DNA of 63,532 bases, counting the filler, from Folioceros fuciformis (taxonomy: Eukaryota), in assembly GCA_049999805.1 (NCBI GenBank). It is 6 parts of 5 records of this genome, joined end to end, with 100 filler letters (N's around TTAATTAATTAA, not from the genome) between each part and the next. Parts side by side here need not be neighbours in the genome. Positions count along the whole stretch, not along the records: positions 47,142 to 57,693 come from JBNGIO010006452.1; positions 57,794 to 63,532 come from JBNGIO010006453.1; 4 more parts are not named here. One strand, written 5' to 3'. Position 1 is the stretch's first letter. The number at the start of each line of letters is the position of its first letter. Positions 49,469-62,585 of this stretch are shown one piece after another. The notes beneath the pieces were generated by a model. It was given only the letters and a program-made list of their open reading frames with translations, was not told the DNA's origin and ran no database searches. The translations under genes and the position numbers were made by a program.

Positions 49469-52400
49469 CCGGTGCAGGCGGTGCAAGATCGGCGTAGGAG
49501 GTGCTGCAAGAGGCAGCAAGAGTGCACACCAGAAGCTAGAGCAGCTACGAGAAGTTGGAGCAGCTTGGAGGGAGATCGGCAGCACGCGTCCCGGCAGCTA
49601 ACTCTCATATCGGTGTGTGCAGGAAGTGAGGAGAAGGGCGACAAGGCCCTGTCAGCTTACTGGACTAGCTGTTGATCCCCAGAGCTCTGTGGAAGGGCTG
49701 ACAAGTGGAGGCAACAGCTGCAATAGCCTCAGCAGCTGCAAGAAAGTGTGCTAACCCTAGCTTGGCAGCAGGGAAGGAATTGACAGGAAATCTCACGGGA
49801 GCTTTGTGGGCAGACAGTCAAGAGTCTGTAAGGACACGGAGCATGAGACAATCTGGTTCACACAAGGCAGCGTGATTCCGCACCAGATTGCTCTTAGGAA
49901 GAAGAGACTTAAGGTCTTGTGAGTAAAACTCCAGTCAGAAGCAGTCTGGTTCTTTCAGACATTTATCAGGTGTGAGTACTCAAGAAAGGATTGAGTGTCA
50001 ACCTTGAGTGGTGGCAAGAATGGCCAGTGACAGTATTAACCAGATCGTACAGGAGAAGCTGGACAAAAACAACTTCCATGCCTGGAAGTTTCGTTTTACA
50101 AACTTTCTTATGGGAAAGGGTTATTGGGACTACATTGAGGGGGAGCATGAAAAACCCCCCGTAGTACTTGAACGGAATGCAACAGCGGAACAGATTAAGG
50201 CGCTGAAGGATTGGAGTCAAGGATCTTGGAAGGTCATGTATTGGCTGTCAATCAGCATTCATGACACCATGATTGGGCACATACAGGATGCAGAGTCGCC
50301 CAAAGAAGCATGGGATGAGTTGGTAAACTCTATGAGACTAACACAAAGGCGAGAAAACTGCAGTTGAAGAATGACTTCAACACAGTTATGAAGAAGAACT
50401 TATCAATCAATGAGTACGCGTTAAAGATCAAAGGGATAGTGGAATCCCTTGCGTCCATTGGTGTCAGTGTGGAAGATGATGACAAGGTCGAAGTTTGCTT
50501 GCGCGGGTTAACACCTGCCTACAAGCAGTTCAAGACTTCCATACAGACTCGGGAAAACATTCCCAATTTCTCAAACCTGATTTCTATGTTGATCATAGAG
50601 GAGAAAAACCTAGGCGAGGAATCATCCTCTAAGCCTAAGGAAAACTCTGAGCAGGCCTTCTACTCTGGCAGAGGCAGAGGTAGAGCCCAAGGTGGCAGAG
50701 GGCAAAGAGGTGGTAGAGGTCGGAATCCCTACCAAAATCAACAACAGAATCAGGAGTCCCAGTACAAGAGTACACGTGGAAGAGGAGAAAATTCTCGAGG
50801 CTGGGGGAGTCAAAGAGGACGTGGAAATCAACAACAAAATGATGCAAATGCAGACAATAGTGGTTGCTGGACTTGTGGTAGGTTAGACCACTTCGAAAGA
50901 GACTGTCCAAGGAGAAATCAAGGCAACAGGAGGCAGCAGAACAATTATGCCTCTAGCAGCAGTCAGAATGACTCAAAAAACTTGTTTGTCATGCAGCATA
51001 TGCTTAACTCTGTATCTGCTAATGGATCCAACAATGGTGAGATTGTGTGGTATGTGGACTCAGGAGCTTCGAACCACATGACATGCCATGGGGAGTGGTT
51101 CAAAGAAATGCAAGTGCTTGACAAACCTGGATATGTAGAAACTGGAGATGACACAACACATGCAATTGTGCATACAGGAACTGTACCTCTGAAGATGCAG
51201 GATGGCAAAATGAAGTGCCTGGTAGATGTTCTTCACGTACCCAACATCACAAAGAACTTGGTGTCAGTTGGGCAGATGGTTGAGCAAGGACTGCAGGTTA
51301 GATTTACACCTGCAGGACTCTTTGTTGAAGAGTGCAAGAAAGGCGGTCGCCTGATTGCTCAAGGACAGAAGGTTGGACGGATGTTCACCTTGAACGTGGA
51401 GGTTCCTAAGCTGAAGTCAGCCATGTTTGCAAAGGGTACAAGGGTAGTGACAGACCTAGAGATGTGGCACAAACGCATTGGACATGTAAATGTGCAGAAG
51501 TTGAAGTCCATGCAGCATCAGAAGGTTGTCACAGGCATACCCAAGCTTACAGAAAATGGACTGCAAGGTATATGTGAAGCATGTCAACTTGGGAAACAGC
51601 CTAGGAATGTGTTCCCCCATGACAAACATGTCAGCAGATATGTGTTGGATGTTGTGCATTCAGATGTATGGGGTCCTACACAGACTGCATCAATCGGAGG
51701 CTGCAAGTACTATGTGACCTTCATTGACGACCACACAAGGAAGGTGTGGGTCTATTTCATGAAAGAAAAAAGTGAAGTGATCACTCATTTTCATACTTTC
51801 AAGGCGATAGTTGAGAAGCAGACAGGTAGGCACATCAAATGCCTAAGATCTGATGGAGGGGGAGAGTACTTCTCCAGAGAGTTCAGCAAATTCTTATCAG
51901 AACAGGGCATTCAACGGCAGTACTCATGTCGTTATACGCCACAACAAAATGGAGTTGCAGAGCGCAAGAACAGGCACATAGCAGAAGTGGCGAGAGCATT
52001 GATGACAGAGAAGAAGATGCCTCACTACTATTGGGCTGAAGCTGTAAGCACAGCATTGTACATCATGAACAGAACTCCCACAGCAGCGGTGCACAGTGTA
52101 ACACCGGAGGAGAAGTTCACAGGGAAGAAACCTGACTTGTCACACTTAAAGGTATTTGGTTGCATTGCTTATGTCCATATTCCGGATGAGTTGCGGACTA
52201 AGCTTGATCCAAAAGCAGAAAAGTGTGTCTTCATTGGGTATTCTGTTACACAGAAAGGATACAGGTGCTACAATCCCAGTACACGGACTATGAGAGTAAG
52301 CAGAGACGTAGTCTTTGATTAAATGGGTAGCTGGTACTTTGAAGTACAAGGAAGTAGTGTAGCTGATGTGCTTGAAACTGAGGTAACAAGCAATGCAGGT

Positions 52401-55400
52401 CAACAATCACAAGTGTTGAGTGGACCGCAAGCGTCATCAAACTCGACAAATGTTCAGAATCCATGGAGTGGCAGGTTGCGAGGTAGTGTGAGTCCTACGA
52501 GCTCCACAGCTGTGTCTCGCAAAGGGAAGGAAAAAGTCCAGGATTCAAAGATACCAGACCTAAGTGCAGGTGCGGTTGATTCAAGCGACTCTGAGCAGAG
52601 CTTGGATGAGGAATTCGGTGTACCGAAAATCGAAACACCTGGTGCAAAAGAGGTTCAATCAGCCCCTGAAAGTGGTTCAATCCCACGGAGATCTGGAAGG
52701 CAGAAGGTTCCAATACAGCAGTTGACCTATGATAGCTATGTAGCTAGGCACCATGCCTATATGGCAAAGGTTGTACAGGATGTGGAACCAAGAAGCTTTG
52801 AAGAAGCTATTGGAGACACAAAGTGGGAACATGCTATGGATGAAGAAATGAATGCGTTAAATCAGAATGCAACATGGGACCTAGTACAACTACCTGAAGG
52901 CAAGAAACCAATAGGTTGCAAATGGGTGTACAAGGTCAAACACAACGCAGATGGTAGTATCAACAGGTACAAGGCAAGGCTTGTGGCCAAGGGATATGCC
53001 CAGACATATGGAATAGATTTTGAGGAGACGTTCAGTCCAGTTGCCAAAATGGCAACAATTCGAACCGTGATCGCACTAGCGGCATCGAAAGGTTGGGTCC
53101 TACATCATATGGATGTGAAGAATGCGTTTTTACATGGAGAATTGCTGGAAGAAGTATACATGGACCAGCCACCAGGTTATGAGGATTTGGATCATCCAAA
53201 TCATGTGTGCAAGCTGAAAAAAACGTTGTACGGACTGAAGCAAGCCCCGAGGGCTTGGCATGAGCGTCTTGCTCAACATCTGATTCACATCGGATTCAAC
53301 ATGGCAGATGCGGATCATTCGTTGTATGTGTGCAATAGTACAAAACGACTGGTCTTTGTGACCATTTATGTGGATGATCTAATCATTGGAGGTAATCAGT
53401 TGGATCAAGTGGAGCAGATCAAGGAACTTCTACAACAAGAGTTCAAGATGGCGGACCTAGGTGAACTGAGGTTCTTTTTGGGCATTGAAATTATACGAAC
53501 CAACACAGGCATTTGGCTGTCACAGCGGAAGTATGCATCGGATGTACTAACTAAGTATGGTATGGTTGAGTGCAAGCCAATCTCGATTCCTTTGGATCAA
53601 AATCTAAAGCTCAGTGCTCATGATGGTGAAGCACTTGAAGATCCAACAATGTACAGGAAGATTGTGGGTAGCTTGATATATCTCACTCTATCCCGACCAG
53701 ATTTGAACTATACAGTGGGATTGCAAAGTCAGTTTATGCAGGCGCCAAGAAAGCCACATTTGGATGCAGTAAGGCGAACGTTGCGCTATGTGAAGGCAAC
53801 TATGGATCATGCTCTCTTTTATGTTGCAGATTTAGAAATAAACCTGTGTGGATACACAGATGCAGATTGGGCAGGCAGTGTTACTGATCGTAGATCTACA
53901 AGTGGATTCATTTTTTTCACTTGGGAGTGCAGCAATTACATGGAGTAGCAAGAAGCAGCCTACAGTGGCTTTGTCTAGTACAGAAGCTGAATACAGAGGC
54001 GCAGCAATGGCAGCGCGTGAAGTGACTTGGATTTGTAAGTTACTTGGAGATTTTGGATTGCAGGTCAACGACAAGGTTGTTATCTACTGTGACAATCTTA
54101 GCAGCATACAGTTGGCGCGAAACCCAGTGTTTCATGCCAGGACAAAACACATTGAAATACATTATCATTTTCTTCGCGAAAGGATTTTATCTGGAGCTAT
54201 TGATCTTATGTATGTCCATACAGACGAGCAGATAGCCGATATATTTACTAAGCCAATGGGAGCAGAGAAGCTGAAGAAATTCCGAGCTATGTTAGGCGTA
54301 CAGATGCTATGTTGAGCTCGAGGGGATTCATCAAGGACTTCGCTAAGAAGGCGACAGCTTTGACCCAGCTAACGAAGAAGGATGTGCTGTATGAGTGGAC
54401 CCCGGAGAGGGAGGAAGCGTTTCAAGACTTGAAGAGGAGTTTGGTGGCAGCACCCACATTGAGCCCACCAAATTGGGAGAAGACCTTTCATGTGTATGTG
54501 GATGTGTCAGCCTATGCTATAGGGGCCATCCTCAGCCAACAAGACGACAAGAAGAGGGATCACCCTATCTTCTATGCCGGAAGGCAACTCACGGATGCGG
54601 AGAGGAATTACTCCACAACGGAGAGAGAAGCTTTGGGCATCATCTACGCTTGTAAGAAGTTCCGTCACTACCTTCTAGCTTGCAAGGTAGTATTTCATGT
54701 GGACCACTTTGCTTTGAAGTATCTTGTGAACAAGCCTGACCTATCGGGGAGGATCGCTAGGTGGATTCTCTTGCTGCAGGAGTTTGATTTTGAGGTGGAA
54801 ACAAGAGCGAGGAGGAGCCATGTTAATGCTGACTTTGTTTCTAGACTCAAAACCAAAGGGAAGGTTAGAGAAACGGATGACAGGTTTCCTGATGAGGAGT
54901 TGATTGCTGTAGTACATACAGTAGAAGAGGGAGAGTTCGATGAATAGGTTATCGGTGAGGGAGGAGGAACCTCTACAAGGGTTGAGAGTAGCCAGAAGGT
55001 CAGACAAGCTCGAAGGAAGAGGAACCGCCGTAGCGACAGGTTGGGAAGGCCTTGTGCTAGGCAGTTGCTACCAGTTGAGGTGAGGAGATTTTTGGAGTTT
55101 GGAATCATGCCAGCTGGATTGAGCCGCGAGGGTAGGGCAGTGTTCTTGCACAAGACAGGCCCATATTGTTTGAAGCAAGGGGTCTTGTACAAACTAGGCC
55201 CAGATGGTAAGGTGAGGCGTTGTTTGGAAGTGAATGAAGGTGTTGTGGTGACCGAAGCTTTGCATGCGGAAGAGGAAGGAGGCCACTATTCAGTCCCCAT
55301 TACCATCAAGAAGATCTTGGATACTGGGTTTTGGTGGGCTACCATGCAGAGGGATGTGTGGGAGTTTGTGAGAAGGTGTGATGCTTGTCAAAGGGTAGGG

Positions 55401-56370
55401 AGACCCACATTGACAACTAGGTGGCCATTGACCTACATTTTGCCGTTGGCTCCGTTCGAGAAGTGGGGGATTGACTTTGTAGGGCCGATTCGTCCACCTA
55501 CTCGCTGGACAAGGAAGCAATATATCTTAGTGGCGACGGACTACTGTACCAAGATGGTGGAGGCGGAGGCTACCCGACGGGATGATGCCCCAATAGTGGC
55601 CAAATTTCTATTTGAGAACATCATCACACGCTATGGGTGTCCGTTGGAGTTGGTCAGCGACAGAGGTACACATTTCCTCAATGAAGTCATCACCGCCTTG
55701 ACCACCTACTTCAACATTCATCATAGGAAGACCACTCCTTACAATCCGAAGGCGAATGGGTTAACGGAGAAGACCAATGGTCTTTTGGGGACCATCTTGA
55801 CCAAGGTGACTGTGACTCACATGTACGATTGGGATACCAAGTTGCATTCAGCACTTTGGGCTTACAGGACGGCAGAGAAGATCACCACGAAGAGGACTCC
55901 ATACTACTTGACCTATGGTATGTCGCCTGTTCTTCCCATTGAGTTTGAGATTCCCACTCATCGTGTCATGGAGGAGGCTAGGCTACCGGTGAGGGAGAGC
56001 CAAGAAGCTAGGTTGGAAGCTTTCATCACCTACGAGGAGGACTGAGAAGAAGCCTTGGAGGAGACACATAGGATACAAGAGCAAAGGAAAACCCGCCACG
56101 ATGGTAGGTTGAGGAAGAAGGAGACCATCGTATAGGGCGATCTGGTGCTACTGTATGACAGTAGATACATGGATTTCCCAGGTAAGCTGAGGTTGAGGTG
56201 GATGGGTCCTTACAAGGTGGAGGAAGTGTTTGAGAATGGGTCTGTCCAGTTGAGGGTATTGGATGATGATTTGTTGCCAACTAGGGTCAATGGTTGGCAA
56301 GTCAAGAAGTACTATCAGCCCTGAGAGGGTTAGTTGTTTGTGAGGACGCAAACAGCTGAGAAGGGAGGCA

Positions 56371-57693
56371 TGTGAACCTCCAAAGTTTGGGGTAGTAGTT
56401 TGTTTTGGTTGAAAAAGGGTTAATAGCGGTATGGTTTGGTTTTCTTTTTCTACTTATTTTCCCTAATTTTCCTTGATTTTCTGGTTATTTTTCCTATTTT
56501 TCTTTATGCTAATTAGGTTAATTGACCAGGAAATAGTTGGTTTGGTTATAAGAGTGGGTATAGGTTTGGTCCCAGACTTGGGAAAGTTTAGGTCCGGTAC
56601 CGGGCCATAGGGTTATTAAAGCCCAATGTGGTTAGGCTAATGTAATTAGTTTAATTAGTCTAATGTAATTAGTTTAATTAGGCTAATTTAATTAGTCTGA
56701 GATTAGTGTCTAATTAAGTATCATTAGTTTAGATTAGCTTAAGCTAATTTTTAGGAAGCTTCCTGCATAGCTTCCTGTGAGCTTCTTGTGAAGCTTCCTG
56801 TGATCTTCTTATGAAGCTTCCTTGGGAGCTTTTCTAGAGGGTATAAATACCCTCTTGAGCTCCCTTTTCAAGGGAGATGAGAGAGATGAGAGAGATGGGA
56901 GAGAGCTGTGAGAGACATTGTGACCTCTTTCTCCTCTTCTCCTCTCTTCCTCTCCTCTCCTCTCCTCTTCTCCTTCATCATGTGGCTCCCCTTCTGATCC
57001 TTCAAGGATCACAAGGTGTAATGACCAGGGTGAAGGGGTTTGCCTCTAGCTCTTGATTGTAAAGGATGTGTCTTTCTCTCGACCTGTCCACTCTTGTTCC
57101 CTGTTTGGACAAGTGCTGTAGGCCGGTCATGTTTCATGGCATCTGGTAAGGTTGTGGGGAGGAGATATCCGAGGGGGTGTGGGGGGAGAGTGTGATCCCT
57201 TCTTTCTTTCCTTTGGGGTTAGTCTAGTGACTCTTGCCGGTAGGAGGAGTCAGTAGGGAAGTGTAGAAGGTAGTGGTGTTATGGTTAGTTGCTGGTTGTG
57301 GAGGCAAAACCCCGGGCACTGATTGCCGACGGGTTCCACCTTTAGTGGCCACACTTATCCCACTGTCGTTGAGACATTGGGTTTCGTTCCCACGAAGGAG
57401 CGATGGGGTTCCTTGCTGCTGTGGATGGAGGGTCGGACTTGATCAACTCGATGATGGATTCGAGGGCTCCTCTCCAGCTCCGATCAGGCGTAGGACAGGC
57501 CTCGCTGTCCGGCGGTTAGCTGCACCTCTCTCGGTGCCCACAAACTCACTCCAGTCACTACAACGACTCTAACCTCTCAGATCTGCGACTTCCTTCACTC
57601 ACTCTCTCGCTCCAGCACCAACACCAACAACTACCAGCAACCAGCAACGACACCACTACCTTGTACACTTCCCTACGGACTCCTCCTACCCGG
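56371..57693 (+). repeat. Probable 3' LTR of the gypsy element (end undefined or in the gap)
   Basis: Purine tract GAGAAGGGAGGCA (56358-56370) followed by TGTGAA; AT-rich U3-like repeats; TATAAATA at ~56842; CT/GA-rich R-like region. Confidence 0.6.
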
Positions 57694-57794
57694 NNNNNNN
57701 NNNNNNNNNNNNNNNNNNNNNNNNNNNNNNNNNNNNNTTAATTAATTAANNNNNNNNNNNNNNNNNNNNNNNNNNNNNNNNNNNNNNNNNNNNT

Positions 57795-58392
57795 GAGTTC
57801 GAGTATGAAGGGTCTGACCAGCGTCCTCCTGTGCCTCCTAGGTTTCCTGTTCCCAGCGATGTGATGTCCGAGACCAAGGTGATCACCCCTGGAACATGGG
57901 AGGTGCCAGGCAGTCCGCTGTGGTACAAATGTCATTCTACGGGCCTGATCATGAAGCGTGTCGAGGTTCAGATGTGCCGTGAATTCAAAGGGCACATGGT
58001 CAGCCTGTACAGTGAGTGTTACGTCCATCTTGTTGAAGTTCCATAACTTCTCTATCCCTCTTGCTGCTTGTAGCTTGTGACATAACTGTTTCCTAACCCC
58101 CTGCTGATCAGCATCACTCGTCTTTAATTCATACTCCCACTGTCTCCTTTCAGGGTCTGAAGAGAGACTTGAGGAGGAGAACTGTTTGGAGGATAAGGAT
58201 AGAATTTCCTACAAGGAGAGGAAAAAGAGGAACTCCCCTCGTACAACAGATGAAATCTTCTCCTCTGAGTCTATTGGATATGCATCCTGGGAGAAGATTG
58301 GTGATTCTACCACCTCTGAAAGTAGGGGTTCCTTCAAATCTCCTCCTGAAGATTCAGACGATGATGACAGCAATGATTGGGGTCGCATCTAG
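57795..58392 (+). CDS. Two-exon ORF of unknown function, antisense to and abutting copia pol (5' end in gap)
   Basis: Open frame from the gap edge to 58011. Intron 58012-58153 has GTGAGT, a CCTAAC branch-like site and TCTCCTTTCAG. It splices in frame to exon 2, which ends TAG at 58390-58392. Product has a KERKKR basic patch and an acidic tail. Confidence 0.55.
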
Positions 58393-58401
58393 CTTGATAG
58401 G

Positions 58402-61400
58402 CTAGGCTTTAGATGTGGCAGTGGGATTGCCTTCATGGCTTCCCATGCCAAGTACTTTCATGTGCCTTTCGTGAAGTTCCCTGCCAAGGGACTTAGTTAA
58501 TATGTCTGCTGGATTTTCAGCTGTGGGCACGTACTCCAGGCTAATCTGTCCAGATTTGATGAGATCACGTATGAAGTGATACTCAACCTCCACGTGCTTT
58601 GTCCTGGAATGAAAGACTGGATTGTGAGCTAAACTCATCGATCCTTGATTATCTGTCTTTATTGTGGTGCAGGCTGGAAGTGGGATTCCAAGTTCCTTAA
58701 ACATCAACTTGCACCAAGCGATCTCTTTCGCAGCAGCTGTAAGTACACGATATTCAGCCTCTGTGCTTGATAAAGCCACAGTGGGCTGTTTCTTACTAGA
58801 CCAACAGATTGGTCCTCCAGCTAACATGACTACATAACCTGAGACTGACTTCCTCGTGTCTATGTCTCCGGCATAATCAGAATCTGTGAAGACATCAAGA
58901 TGTAAGGGTACTCCAGGTATGTTTCTGTAATTTATACCAATACTGTGAGTTCCCTTTAAGTATCTGAAAACTCTTTTAACACCTGTCCAGTGTGTTTGTC
59001 CTGGGTTTTCCAGATACTGTGATAAGACACTAGTAGCATAGGCTACTTCCGGCCTAGTTGTGTTTGCTGCATATATGAGTTTCCCAACTGCTTGTCTGTA
59101 AGGGACTAAACTCATTTTGCCCTTTTCTAATTGTATATCAGGACACATGGACTTACTCATTTTCAGTCTACAAGGTAAAGGGGTTGCAGAAGGTTTAGCA
59201 TCCTTCAATCCAAGTTGCTCAGCACTATTGAGAAGGTAACGTGGCTGCGTAAGTGAGATTGTTCTCTTCTTTCTGTCACGTTGAATAAGAATACCAAGGC
59301 AGCTCTGTAAGGCTCCTAGATGTGTCATCTCAAACTTGGTTGACAACATTTTATTAATGTCTTTGATGAAGGTGGGACTGTTACAAGCCAATATAAGGTC
59401 ATCAACATATACTGCCAGGTAACACACTACTTCATTTGCCCTGTACACATATAAGCTTCCATCTGAAACACATCTAACAAAACTCAAAGCTCGCAGCTCT
59501 TCGTCCAGGACAGCATTCCATTCAAGAGCTGATTGTTTCAGTCCATACAGGGTTTTAATTAAGCGTAAGACATGGTCTTCTTTCCCTTTAACCTCGTATC
59601 CTAGTGGCTGTTGCATATAAATCTCAGTATCCAGCTTTCCATGTAAGAAAGCTGTCTTTACATTAAACATATCCAGCTCATAGTCATTGTGTGCTGCCAA
59701 TGCACAGATGGTGCGAAAAGTGGCCAGCTTAACAACAGGAGCATATGTTTCAAGGTAATCGAGGCCTGGTACTTGAGAAAAGCCTCTGGCAACAAGCCTG
59801 GCTTTATAACGATCAAAGGTACCATCAGCCTTAACCTTTAATTTGAACACCCATTTGCAAGATACTGGCTTGCGTCCAGGAGGTAGTCTTGCTAATTCCC
59901 ATGTTCCATTTTTGATGAGGGAATCGTATTCAGATTGAATGGCCTTCTTCCATTCAGCAGCATCAGGACGTCTCAAAGCTTCTTCATAAGATTGAGGCTC
60001 CATAGGATCAAGGTCAACTGCATGTGCAGAAGGTTTCCTAAAGTCTTGTGATTCATAAAAGTCTGGTGCACGTCTGTCCCGTGTAGAATAACGGCGTACA
60101 GGGAGAGGAGGTGGCTCGTCAATAGGAGCGGGAACATCCTCAAGGTTACTATCAACAAGAACAGCAGGATCAGGATCAGCAACAACATGAGGAGGTTGGT
60201 CCTGAAGATCAGATTCAGCATCTGCAACTGGTTGCTGGTTGTCCTCATTATCACTTTGCTGGTGGTCTTCCCCCCCTGCAGGAGCAAACTCCTCATGAGG
60301 GTGATCAGGGAAAACCGTGATTTGAGGAAGAGCAGCTAGATCAAAATCGTCTGAAGAGGTGGGAGGAGCTCCCACCAGCTGCCAAACTTGTTGTTCATCA
60401 AAAGTAACACTGCGAGCATAAACTACAGTGTTCTCAGGTACATCATATAACTTGTATGCTTTAATACCTTCAGTGTAGCCTATCATAAGGTATTTCTTGG
60501 CTTTAGCAGCTAACTTAGCACGTTTCTTCTTAGGTATGAAGGCATAAGCTATGCATCCAAAGGTTCTAAGGTGTAAGATAGCTGGTTTTCTACCGAAGAA
60601 GGCTTCATAGGGAGTTTGTCCAGCAAGTGCATTAGTGGGCAGCCTGTTATGCAGGTACACTGCTGTCATAAGGGCTTCAGCCCAATAGGAAAGAGGCAGA
60701 GAAGCTTGATGAAGCATAGAAGAAGTCATTTCCTGCAAAACAACATTCAAATGCTCTGCCACACCATTTTGCTGTGGTGTATATACAACTGTAAGTTGCC
60801 TTCCTATTCCCTCGGCAGTACAAAAAGATTGAAATTCACCAGAAGTGAATTCACCTCCATTGTCTGATCTGAGGGTTTTTAACTGCTTGCCAGTCCAGCG
60901 CTCTGTGTACTTCATGTAATCTTTGAATAGAGAAAAGCATTCACTTTTAGCTTTGAGAATATAAGCCATGACAAACCTTGTCTTGTCATCTGTGAATGTC
61001 AGGAAGTACTTGCCGCCACCAATTGAAGGCTGTGTGTGAGAGAGGTCCACAGATATCTGTGTGAACCAGCTCAAGAACCTTTGAAGCCCTGTAGGGAGCC
61101 TTATTCTTGAAAACTGCCTGGTGACGTTTGGATAAGACGCAGGCTTCACATAGAGGTAGGGTCGGCAGTGTGCCAATTTTGGCATCAGCATACAAGTCAC
61201 TGGTTGCAAGTTTCTGTAACTTAGCACTATGTGGGTGACCTAGCCACAGCTTAGCTTTATCTTCTGACTTACTAGAAGACTCTGTAGACTTAGCAGCTAA
61301 GTGTGTTTTTGCCGTATGGCTGTCTGTTTGCAGACGAAAGAGGTCATGTGAAGATGACCCATAAGCTAGGATCTTACGATGGTCAAAGGCATCAATGATC

Positions 61401-62431
61401 CTACACTCTGTAGGAGTAAACAAGATGTGAGTATGATTATCCATGTTAAGTTTCCTAACAGAGATGAGATTCCTAGTCATTTCTGGAACATAGTACACAT
61501 CTTTCAGTATGAGTGTTATTCCTGAAGGGACTGGAATCTCTACAGTGCCTCGTCCTGGAGACACAAGTGATCTGTCATCACCTAAGTAGACAAACTGATT
61601 GTCTACGAGCTTGTAAGTGACAAAAGCATTTTTGTCAAAACATATGTGCGCTGTGGCACCTGTGTCAAGGTACCACTCACTTACTGGTTTACCTTGTGTG
61701 TTTGCAGATAAGCAGGTGGGGTTAACAAGAGGATATGCAAACTTCCTAATCCCTACTGTAAGGGCAGAAGTTGAGCCTTGCTTTTTCACCACTACGTTTG
61801 TCTCTGAAGTGGAGTTGCCCTCCTTGCGAGGTACTCCGGCCTGTTTCTTTCGACATTCGTTTTCCCAATGTCCTGGAATCTGGCACCAGTGGCATTTTCC
61901 AGATTTATTGGGTTTCTTCTGTGCTGTCCCTCGCCGTGAGGAACTAGCACCTTGAAAGGTATTTGGTTTACCTTTAAAGTTGGGTCTTGCACCCTTGTTT
62001 TTATTTGTGGTGTAAAGAGCCTGCTGCTTACCAGCACGCACTCATTCTACAATTTTGTATGTTGCGAAGGGCTGTCATTTGACTTGTGGTATTGACGCCT
62101 GCGTACAGTTCGTGCAATCTGGTCCAAATCTCAAGAGATGTATTACAGCCAGAAGTTTGTCGCAGCATATCAGAGGTTAGTCCACTCCTCAACAAGTGTT
62201 GTGCAGCTTCATCCTTCGCATACCAAGCTTCCTGTAATTTCTTTTCAGAAGCAGAGGGAGTGGCCTCATCAGAGGCATCAAGTACAGGACGTGTCTCGTC
62301 TCCTGTTACTATTCGCCACAACCTCTTGCTTTGTAAGGCTCCTTTCATACGCATGACCCAGATGTCATAATCAGTTCCCCCGAATCTTTCTCAGTAAAAA
62401 TAACACCACCAGCTCCAGTGGTGTCAGCCAT
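58402..62431 (-). mobile_element. Ty1/copia gag-pol, decayed
   Basis: gag ATG at 62431 (frameshift ~62390, then FGGTDYDIWVMRMKGAL); internal gag deletion ~62040; zinc knuckle CHWCQIPGHWENEC; WYLDTGAT; integrase with frameshift ~61040; RT (FNVKTAF, VYVDDL); RNase H TDSDYA..RTKHVEV. Confidence 0.96.
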
Positions 62432-62585
62432 TTGTTAGAATGTGGTAATTCTATCCTGACTGTTAGGAAGAATGGCTATGTAAAGACTTGTAACCTATCC
62501 AGACAAGGTACAAATTGAAGAGAAAGACAAGGGAAGGGTAAGATGCTACTGTTGCATCTTAGATAGACTGCAAGAGCAGTCCTGT

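Larger units (their letters stand above)
49166..54325 (+). mobile_element. Ty1/copia element nested in the gypsy RT; 5' LTR + PBS + gag-pol, 3' LTR absent
   Basis: Gypsy GLVGYY|R is cut at 49165 and resumes GFIKDFAK at ~54324. gag starts at ATG 50020; zinc knuckle CWTCGRLDHFERDC, WYVDSGAS, integrase, RT IYVDDL, RNase H. Frameshifts at ~50330 and ~53915; stop at 52320. Confidence 0.96.
47142..57693 (+). mobile_element. Ty3/gypsy non-chromovirus (Athila-like) retrotransposon, decayed and interrupted by a nested copia
   Basis: Protease LDTGSGVN; RT VRVCQDFRKLN, LDGYSGYNQI, PFGLCNAP, VFLDD; RNase H VDVSAYAIGA..YSTTEREAL; integrase HHCC + GIDFVGP, SDRGTHF, NGLTE. Ends RVNGWQVKKYYQP* (~56324) with no chromodomain. 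In-frame stops at 54945, 56043 and ~56133. Confidence 0.95.
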
